From contig JBBTYP010000003.1 of the NCBI GenBank assembly GCA_038061715.1, positions 12,034 to 76,033 on the forward strand: a stretch of DNA of 64,000 bases, read 5' to 3'. Within the stretch, counting starts at the first letter, position 1. The number at the start of each line of letters is the position of its first letter. A model generated the notes under the pieces. It worked only from the letters and a program-made list of their open reading frames with translations. It was not told the origin of the DNA and searched no databases. Origin of the DNA: Patescibacteria group bacterium. GTDB lineage: Bacteria > Patescibacteriota > Minisyncoccia > Phycocordibacterales > UBA918. A program made the position numbers and the translations under genes. Below, piece by piece: positions 17,967 through 24,880 of this stretch.

Positions 17967-18533
17967 TTACCCAAACAACGCGACGATTTCGTCACGAATC
18001 TTATCAATACCTCCGGGCGCAAGGGAGAACACTGGTTTTTTTCCTTTACCCACACCTTTAGCCTGAATACCCTTAGCTTCTTTTAGATTTCGGCCAAGAT
18101 TGGAATCCCGGATACCCCATTCATCAGCTGCAACAGTAAATACCGTAATGGGTACTTCTTTTATATCAAGTCCAAATTTATATCCGGCAATTAACGCGTA
18201 GGCGAGATTACGTTGTTGGTCAGCAACTCCTCTGCCGACGGGTTTTATCGCGACATGAAGTTCGTCACCCTTCATTTCGTACAACTCATTGACCTGTTCT
18301 ACTGAGATTCCTAGCTGCGTTGCTAAGCGTCCCGAATCAAGAGCGGAACCTGGTAACGACTCCACTTTTGACAGACCTCCTACAGCAACACCACTGCTCG
18401 ATGTCGAGCTTTGAGCTTTAAGGAGATGTTCAAGCACGACTTCAAAAGCCTTTTCCTTTAACTCGGGTGAAGCGACTCCAGCGGCGTTCTGCGCTGCAGT
18501 AATTGCTTCTTCTAGATATTTGCGATCATCCAT
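17967..18533 (-). CDS. Hypothetical protein
   Basis: 188 aa; 2-nt gap to downstream gene; no recognisable motifs. Confidence 0.3.
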   Translation of the reverse strand: MDDRKYLEEAITAAQNAAGVASPELKEKAFEVVLEHLLKAQSSTSSSGVAVGGLSKVESLPGSALDSGRLATQLGISVEQVNELYEMKGDELHVAIKPVGRGVADQQRNLAYALIAGYKFGLDIKEVPITVFTVAADEWGIRDSNLGRNLKEAKGIQAKGVGKGKKPVFSLAPGGIDKIRDEIVALFG

Positions 18534-18544
18534 ATTTTTAGATC

Positions 18545-18991
18545 TTATTTATTAAGTAATACTTCAAAAAAATCCTCGCCCGATTGAGTAAGATCGTAGG
18601 TATTTTTACCTTTTTGTCTGACTAATCCGTCCTTGATGGCACGACTAAGGTACACCGGAGCATATGCTCCGTGGAACTTACCTTCCTTCCAACCCTGCTG
18701 AATATCACTAACCTGCACGTCAGTTTTAATAAGGATTTTTTCGTTATAGCCTACGATTGCCGCTACACGCTCCTGACCGTTTTCTAATGAGTTATTTCTG
18801 GCTAATTCAGGCAGTGTGATTTTTTTCTGCGTCTGCCGTATTGTAGGGGTTGGAGACAAAGATTGTTCGCTCCCAGACGTGAGTGCGTCAATCTTTACAT
18901 GCAGTGCTTGTAAAGAGGCTTTTATTTCCTTAAGTGTTTGATTGATATTCTCCATACTGTTTTGTAATACTAGGTTTATAGGGTCCGACAT
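18545..18991 (-). CDS. Hypothetical protein (N-terminal coiled coil), first gene of cassette
   Basis: 148 aa; preceded by 458-bp non-coding region. Confidence 0.3.
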   Translation of the reverse strand: MSDPINLVLQNSMENINQTLKEIKASLQALHVKIDALTSGSEQSLSPTPTIRQTQKKITLPELARNNSLENGQERVAAIVGYNEKILIKTDVQVSDIQQGWKEGKFHGAYAPVYLSRAIKDGLVRQKGKNTYDLTQSGEDFFEVLLNK

Positions 18992-19450
18992 CGTGGATAT
19001 CTGTTCGATATATTCCTATTATATTCTTTTGTTTATGGTTGTAAAGTGCTACAAATTTTACTTACGATGTGGAAGGAGTGGATAACTTCGGACATAACAG
19101 AATTAAGCTCGATAATAACTTTAAAAATAAGGGTTTTTAATACTAGTTGTCTGTTCGTATTGTACCGCTTACTCCCCACTTCGCAAACAACTTATCTAGC
19201 TAAGGTACTGACTAATAGCCCCGTTTAGCCTATTATTGACGACACAATACCTAACCAGAGAGTAATCTCTAGCGTGGTTTGAAGAATTCTTTCGCCAACG
19301 CGAACTGGTAATTGGTCGTTAGACGTCAGATTTGTAACATTTCGTTTAAATTGACACTACCGAGAGGCCTTAATTGGTACAGCGAAAAGTCGCCAAGAAA
19401 CCCTTGTGGAGCTTGATGGCACAAATTCCGATACTGAGAGGGAGCACAAC

Positions 19451-19852
19451 TTACTCCGATATTAATGTGGTGGCATCTAGCGCAGTTTCCAAATCCGTAG
19501 AACTAGCAGTCACTTCGGTTTCGCTAACCTCTACTGGCGCATAATTTTTATTTAAGGAATTGAGCTTATCTTGACGCTGTTTAATAATCTCGAGCACTTG
19601 ATTGACCAAGGTTTCTCGGTACACGACCTCTGCTGTATCATCAGCCGCCACCGAGACATCGATGGCTTGATTTTTAAAGTAAATATAAACACTTATAAAA
19701 GTAGCGAAAATAAATAATCCTAGAGAAACCACTAACCCGATTACCCACTCGCGTTGCGGGTGCATTAGCTGTGGATCACGAAGCGAAACTCTCTTTTTAG
19801 ATAGTTTCTTGAGAACATTCTTAATGTGCAGCCTATTTTTCATAATTAGCAA
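19451..19852 (-). CDS. Membrane-anchored hypothetical protein in pilMNO operon (PilP-position)
   Basis: 133 aa; single N-terminal TM; overlaps pilO by 20 nt. Confidence 0.4.
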   Translation of the reverse strand: MLIMKNRLHIKNVLKKLSKKRVSLRDPQLMHPQREWVIGLVVSLGLFIFATFISVYIYFKNQAIDVSVAADDTAEVVYRETLVNQVLEIIKQRQDKLNSLNKNYAPVEVSETEVTASSTDLETALDATTLISE

Positions 19853-20360
19853 TAAACACTCTAATCGTCACCTTGGCTTCCCAATTATTTTCTGAACGAT
19901 CTGTCATCTGCAATGAAGTTATCTCCGAAACGTAAGGGAGGTTTTCGAGAATAGTAACGAATCGATCGACATCACTTTGCGTACCAGAAAGTGTGAACTG
20001 GGCATTGACCCATTTATCTTTAGTTTTTTTGTCACTTCCTTCCTCAAGAGCGTCGGTCTTTAGCGTAATTCCGTTTTGTGGAGCCAAGGCTTCAACCTGA
20101 TTAAGGAAAGTGATGCTTTCACTCACTTGGGGTAAAAAGTAGTTATTTAATTGTTCGCGATCTGATTTTGAATCTTCGGAAATCTTTTGCAGATGATGGT
20201 AGGTTTTCTCAAGTTCGTTGCCAATTTTGATGGCGGCTAGTTGTGTTTTGAGGGTTTCCTCTTTGTCACTTATCATTTTGTAGCTAAAGCCAGACACTCC
20301 TACAGTAGTAAGGAGACAGACTGAAGCGATCAAAAAATTTCTAAGGGTACTACGGCTCAT
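19833..20360 (-). CDS. pilO: Type IV pilus assembly protein PilO-like
   Basis: 175 aa; N-terminal TM plus coiled coil; position after pilN; overlaps neighbours by 4 nt. Confidence 0.55.
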   Translation of the reverse strand: MSRSTLRNFLIASVCLLTTVGVSGFSYKMISDKEETLKTQLAAIKIGNELEKTYHHLQKISEDSKSDREQLNNYFLPQVSESITFLNQVEALAPQNGITLKTDALEEGSDKKTKDKWVNAQFTLSGTQSDVDRFVTILENLPYVSEITSLQMTDRSENNWEAKVTIRVFIANYEK

Positions 20361-20902
20361 AGATTTTTTTCTTTAGCCATTGTGATGCTGAGATCAAATG
20401 GTATATCGCGATCTTTGGCTAAATTAGAAATTGGTAAATCTACCGTTTCGATCCTTTCATCATCGAGCATACGAGTGCGAAAAGCCGCAAGCGTACGCCT
20501 GTCTTCTGCTGTACCCGCTACTTTTACTTCTTTGATACCCGTTTCATCCCGTCGAAGAGAAATCTGTGTAATGCGTAGACTGTTTGATTCAAAACCACGA
20601 AACAGCGAAACGTACTCGGTCATTGACGGATGTGCAAATCGATCAGATAAGGCAACCGCGGTCTGGCTGGCTCGTTCAAGCTCCTTGGCTACGTTTTCGA
20701 AGCTGGCGTTTTTCTCGTCCGCTGTTTCGGCTGAGGCTGTGTATGCTTTTACCTGAAGATTGATGAGCACGTACGATGGTATTAAAATAACGATACCTAG
20801 TAGCAATACAAAAGACCAGAGGAAGAACCAGACTGTCACCGAACGAAGCCAGTACTCATGGACTAAATGCTTTTTTGCCTCAAAAGGAATTAAGTTAATC
20901 AT
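20357..20902 (-). CDS. pilN: Type IV pilus assembly protein PilN
   Basis: MINLIPFEAKK... (INLLP-type start), single TM, fimbrial assembly family architecture. Confidence 0.65.
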   Translation of the reverse strand: MINLIPFEAKKHLVHEYWLRSVTVWFFLWSFVLLLGIVILIPSYVLINLQVKAYTASAETADEKNASFENVAKELERASQTAVALSDRFAHPSMTEYVSLFRGFESNSLRITQISLRRDETGIKEVKVAGTAEDRRTLAAFRTRMLDDERIETVDLPISNLAKDRDIPFDLSITMAKEKNL

Positions 20903-20904
20903 AG

Positions 20905-21993
20905 TTAAATAATACTCTTTAGGGCGAGTCCTATCGCTCCAGCATATCCATACGAGTACCTTCTACCAATTGGCGGGACGGTTTCCTCCAACGAAAAAGC
21001 ATTCTCCCAGACATTACCACGCACAGTCGGAATGTTGAGGGTTTCGCTTAGATAATCGGGTAAGCCTTTTAAATTAGCGCTCCCCCCACAAAGGACGACT
21101 GTTGTGATCCTTCTGGCTTCATCGTTGTCACTCTTCAAGTGCCAATACTGCATGCGGGTAGCGATCTCATCCTTCACCACCGATAGGGTGGAGATAAGGG
21201 CATCGCGTACCAATGAAGAATCTGTCCCTCGGACCAGGCCAATTGTATTTTTGATTTTAGTTAGTTCTGGTTCTGGCTTGTCACCGAGAGCCTTACGTAG
21301 TACTTGAGACAGTTGTTCGCCTCCAATATCTACGGTCGAAGTATAGAGCAATGCCCCTTTATGAACGATACCGATTCCAGCACGGGTCTTTCCAAAGTCA
21401 ACCAACATCGCCGCTCCCGATAAATTTTTTGGGATAACGGCTCGGGCCATAGCTTGGGCCTCGATCTCAAAGGAAACTGGTCGCAAGTCTGCTTCTAGAC
21501 ACGCTTCGTAATAAGACTGTATGGTCTGCCGCGGATACGCTACCACTGACACATCAACATTAACCGCCTCTTCCTTTGCTGGCAGTATGGAGTAATCGAA
21601 GAATACTTCCCGAGCAGGAATAGGAACGTTTTCTTCCAGTTTAAATTCCAGCAGTCCCCTAATTTCTTTATGGGGTGTGTTATTTTTGATGGTTGTCTCA
21701 AATAGATACGCTTTCTCTTCCGGTAACGACAATCGTACAAACTCGGCCTTGGTTTTTTCTTTAAATTCTTTTAAGACAGAGGCCAACTGCTTAGCATCGG
21801 TCACTTCGCCCCTTGTCACCACTCCACTGGGGATTGTGATGTCGCCCCACTGTTCTATCTGACGCGTGTCGTTATCAAAAATAGTTGGTTTGAAGGAGAG
21901 ATACTTGAGAGAGGTATCAGAAATATCAACGCCAATACAGGGCATTGTTAGATAGGTTGGTGGTGGCACAATACGAAATAAACCCGAAAGCAT
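20905..21993 (-). CDS. pilM: Type IV pilus assembly ATPase-fold protein PilM (actin-like)
   Basis: 362 aa; IGVDISDTSLKYL N-terminus and actin-like fold blocks typical of PilM. Confidence 0.75.
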   Translation of the reverse strand: MLSGLFRIVPPPTYLTMPCIGVDISDTSLKYLSFKPTIFDNDTRQIEQWGDITIPSGVVTRGEVTDAKQLASVLKEFKEKTKAEFVRLSLPEEKAYLFETTIKNNTPHKEIRGLLEFKLEENVPIPAREVFFDYSILPAKEEAVNVDVSVVAYPRQTIQSYYEACLEADLRPVSFEIEAQAMARAVIPKNLSGAAMLVDFGKTRAGIGIVHKGALLYTSTVDIGGEQLSQVLRKALGDKPEPELTKIKNTIGLVRGTDSSLVRDALISTLSVVKDEIATRMQYWHLKSDNDEARRITTVVLCGGSANLKGLPDYLSETLNIPTVRGNVWENAFSLEETVPPIGRRYSYGYAGAIGLALKSII

Positions 21994-22048
21994 AGCTATC
22001 TAAGTATACCGTGCTTGGGTGCAAAAATATTTGCGCGAACTCACACGT

Positions 22049-22669
22049 TTAAAATGTAAGTAAGTAGGCTACGTACGCGAGTACTGCCAAAAAGGCAACT
22101 AGTGATATCTTTTTGAGGTGTTTTTTGGCTATTTCTAGCGCACTTTCTCCGAAGGTGTGCGTTAGGTATGCCACCACTCCAAAGCGTACTCCTCGTCCGG
22201 CTAGCGATCCGAGAATGAACATGAAAATATTTCCCTTCAACACACCCGCTGCGATTACTACAAATCCGTACGGAATTGGTGTAAAAGCGCCGAGAAAAGT
22301 AATCATGAAAGTACCTTGATCAAAATGTTTTACTATACTATTAAAGGCGACGGTTGATTCTGGTGAAAGCAGGGCCAGTAGTTGGTCAGTGAAGAAAGTT
22401 GCAAACAGATACAACATTACCCCACCAAGGACAGAGGCTGAAGTAGCGACCGCAAAACCTAGCCAAGCCCGTGAGCGATTGGCTATGATGTAGGCGGCCA
22501 AAAATGGATCGACTGGACCAGGAAAAGCCACCGCTGAGTCGACAAAACTAATCGCTCCCAGCACCCATAAGCCAAACTTCGAACGCAAAAGCTGCCCTGT
22601 CTTTTCGACAATACCGGCCACTTCTTTCTCATATTGCTCTTCGAGCTGATGTATTTCTTCTCTAATCAT
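22049..22669 (-). CDS. DedA/YqaA-family membrane protein
   Basis: 206 aa; multi-TM with G-rich re-entrant loop (GSLAGRGVRFG). Confidence 0.5.
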   Translation of the reverse strand: MIREEIHQLEEQYEKEVAGIVEKTGQLLRSKFGLWVLGAISFVDSAVAFPGPVDPFLAAYIIANRSRAWLGFAVATSASVLGGVMLYLFATFFTDQLLALLSPESTVAFNSIVKHFDQGTFMITFLGAFTPIPYGFVVIAAGVLKGNIFMFILGSLAGRGVRFGVVAYLTHTFGESALEIAKKHLKKISLVAFLAVLAYVAYLLTF

Positions 22670-22998
22670 TTTAATTTAGTTCCGTTTTTAAGTGGCACAC
22701 TGGGGTGAAGCAGAGCAAACGCTGCTTCAGTGTTGGCAGCCAGAATCATGCCGTTACTTTCTAGACCTCTAATCGTACGCGGTGCGAGGTTGGTCACAAA
22801 TGGACATTGTTTACCTACCAAAATTTGTGGATCTTCGTAGTATTCACGTATACCCGATAGGATTTGGCGTGGTGTTTCCTCTCCAAAATCAACTTCCAGT
22901 CGCAGAAGTTTATCTGCATCAGGCACTACCTCTACCGACAAAATAGTGCCAAGTGAAATTTCTATTTTCGCAAAGTCAGTGTAGCTAATTTTTTCCAT
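22666..22998 (-). CDS. tRNA-binding protein (CsaA/Trbp111/EMAP-like OB-fold domain)
   Basis: 110 aa; KIEISLGTILSVEVVPDADKLLRLEVDFGEE...ILSGIREYY typical of tRNA-binding domain. Confidence 0.7.
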   Translation of the reverse strand: MEKISYTDFAKIEISLGTILSVEVVPDADKLLRLEVDFGEETPRQILSGIREYYEDPQILVGKQCPFVTNLAPRTIRGLESNGMILAANTEAAFALLHPSVPLKNGTKLK

Positions 22999-22999
22999 A

Positions 23000-23401
23000 C
23001 TACTTTTTTCGAGTGATAAAACTATCTAAAATAATAGCGGCGGCGGCGGCATCGGTCTGTGCATTCCTCCCTTGAATTCTGATTGCCTGCTGGGTTGAAT
23101 ACTGCTCGGGTTCAAGGTGAATCGGAATACCTTCTGCTAAGGTAAGGTCTGCTATAAATTCTTCCACTGCAGTGTGAATCTTGTTGGCCTGACCAGTATA
23201 GCCAACCGAATGTCCGATGACGACTTCCTGTACGTTCCTCTCGATAATCAAAGACGTTATAGTTTCTAATAACTTACTGTCATTTTTTATCACCCCATGC
23301 GGAAAAGCCATACTGCCTGACTCGTCAGAGAAAGCAATACCAACGTTTTTATGACCATAATCAATACCCATTAATCGCATGTATATGTGACAGCATAGCA
23401 T
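23000..23401 (-). CDS. ruvX: Holliday-junction-resolvase-like YqgF/RuvX
   Basis: MGIDYGHKNVGIAFSD... RNase H-like YqgF signature; true start may be the internal Met (MRLMGIDYG, ~23380). Confidence 0.75.
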   Translation of the reverse strand: MLCCHIYMRLMGIDYGHKNVGIAFSDESGSMAFPHGVIKNDSKLLETITSLIIERNVQEVVIGHSVGYTGQANKIHTAVEEFIADLTLAEGIPIHLEPEQYSTQQAIRIQGRNAQTDAAAAAIILDSFITRKK

Positions 23402-23497
23402 GAAAACAGGCGCACAAAGTATGCATTTTTACGCTCACTTGCCGCATAATACATATGTGATTTTGTATCCTTACGTCACAAACTATCTCATTCGCTC

Positions 23498-23585
23498 GAA
23501 TCTTACAGATTCAGTTCAGGTTGTCGCCATTTTTACAAAATAGCTGGCAACCTCTTGCGAAATGATATTAAGTCATTTCTCACCC
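23498..23585. repeat. Copy 2 of intergenic repeat family (GAATCTTACAGATTC ... ACAAAATAGCTGGCAACCTCTTGCGAAA ... hairpin gaaatga-tattaag-tcatttc ... TCACCC)
   Basis: Conserved blocks identical to copy 1; both hairpins retained through compensatory changes. Confidence 0.7.
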
Positions 23586-23711
23586 CACTCGTTGCGGTCC
23601 TCGGCTACATTTCATTTCGCCTGCGGGCTTCGCCGCGACTCGGTTCAAATCCTATTAAAAGCTACAACGGCAAAGACCCAGAAAGAATGCTCTTTCTGGG
23701 TCTGCCATTGT

Positions 23712-23783
23712 GCTCTCACCAGGAATCGGACCTGGATCACCAATTCCGCAAACTGGTATTCTATCCATTAAACTATGAGAGCG
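23712..23783 (-). tRNA. tRNA-Arg-like with anticodon GCG and non-canonical T-loop (TCCGATT); possibly a pseudogene or unusual isoacceptor
   Basis: RC folds: acceptor GCTCTCA/TGAGAGC, D-arm GTTT-AATGGATA-GAAT (paralogous to tRNA-Arg TCT at 16480), anticodon stem CCAGT/ATTGG loop TTGCGGA; C at position 55. Confidence 0.5.
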
Positions 23784-23904
23784 ATGGGAGGGATGTTACC
23801 ACAAGAAATAAGGCGCGTCACCCCCTTACTTAGACAAATCAGTACTTATATGGAAGCCAGCTTATATGTATAGTGCGAATGCAGTTTAAGGATGTTTACA
23901 TACA

Positions 23905-23994
23905 GGGGGCAAGTACACCTTGTCGCTATGTTTGTTCGTAAACTCACAAAATAGCTGGCAAGGCCTTGCGAAAGTCTCCCAGACTTTCTCACCC
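23905..23994. repeat. Copy 3 of intergenic repeat family (lacks 5' palindrome; GTACACCTTGTCGCTATG ... ACAAAATAGCTGGCAAGGCCTTGCGAAA ... hairpin gaaagtc-tccca-gactttc ... TCACCC)
   Basis: Abuts stop codon of minus-strand gene 23994-24464. Confidence 0.65.
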
Positions 23995-24464
23995 TAGAAA
24001 CCGAATAATTCAAGCACCTTCAAAAACAAAGGTTCATGAATGACTTCTTCAGGCAGGCGCTGCTCTAAGATACTTTCCACGTCATCAATGTGTTCGGGTG
24101 GGATTGGTAATACTAAAAGTGGTATGGATTTGCGGTGAGTGCGAATTAAGAGTTGCGGCCCACGCGGATCTTCCTCATCAAGGTGGTAAGCGTCGAGAGT
24201 TGAATAAGGAAACAGCTCATCCTCTACCTTCACTCCTCGCACACTAACACCATAGGGCACAATCGACGGTCTTTGCGCTGCCGACATCCCTAACACTCCG
24301 CCGGCGAGTCCTAATAAAAGGGCAAACATAACATTATCAAGTAGAATCGCAGTAACGACACAAGCGATTACAACTACTGCCAACGCCAAAAACCAGTCGT
24401 TGCCTTTTTCGACATGGTGATGTTGCGGTGCTTCCCAAAATATTCCCCGAACAGCTGGTTCCAT
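23994..24464 (-). CDS. Hypothetical membrane protein (2 TM helices plus possible bacterial PH-like domain)
   Basis: Start moved to internal ATG (MEPAVRG...) because the longer ORF would run up to the tRNA-Ser gene; TATTAT box directly upstream. Confidence 0.4.
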   Translation of the reverse strand: MEPAVRGIFWEAPQHHHVEKGNDWFLALAVVVIACVVTAILLDNVMFALLLGLAGGVLGMSAAQRPSIVPYGVSVRGVKVEDELFPYSTLDAYHLDEEDPRGPQLLIRTHRKSIPLLVLPIPPEHIDDVESILEQRLPEEVIHEPLFLKVLELFGF

Positions 24465-24565
24465 TTGTTTTATAATATCACAAAGCCAGTGTACATTTTG
24501 ACCAAGTTCTGTTACTATCTCGCGACAAACGACCGCCAGCAACCACTGCTGTCGGAAGCACATAC

Positions 24566-24652
24566 GGAGGGATGGCTGAGTGGTTGAAGGCGGCGGTCTT
24601 GAAAACCGTTAAGGGTGAAAGCTCTTCGAGGGTTCGAATCCCTCTCCCTCCG
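24566..24652 (+). tRNA. tRNA-Ser (TGA), type II
   Basis: Acceptor GGAGGGA/TCCCTCC, D-arm GCT-GAGTGGTTGAA-GGC, anticodon loop CTTGAAA, long variable arm, T-arm GAGGG-TTCGAAT-CCCTC. Confidence 0.85.
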
Positions 24653-24837
24653 CGAGTACAAAATAGCGCCTTTAGGTGCTTTTTTGTTCGCGGAGGGAGG
24701 CCTAGCTTTTCTCTAGAAAAGTGTCAGGCGGATTCGAAAAGGTTGCCAGCCCGGTTATGAACGAAGTGAAATAACCGAGCGACAACCTGTACTGAACATG
24801 TAATGTTCGAATCCTGGACAGGCCGTGAGTACAAAAT

Positions 24838-24861
24838 AGCGCCCGTATGGGCGCTTTTTTG
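24838..24861. terminator. Bidirectional intrinsic terminator (agcgccc-gtat-gggcgct-tttttt) preceded by motif gagtacaaaatagcgcc that also occurs at 24655
   Basis: Perfect 7-bp GC stem with T6 on plus strand and A-tract on the other side. Confidence 0.65.
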
Positions 24862-24880
24862 TTTGCTTGTTTGAGCTGAA

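Noticed and set aside
24700-24835. Possible additional tRNA suggested by TTCGAATCC T-loop-like strings
   Set aside because: No acceptor, D or anticodon stems can be formed around either string.
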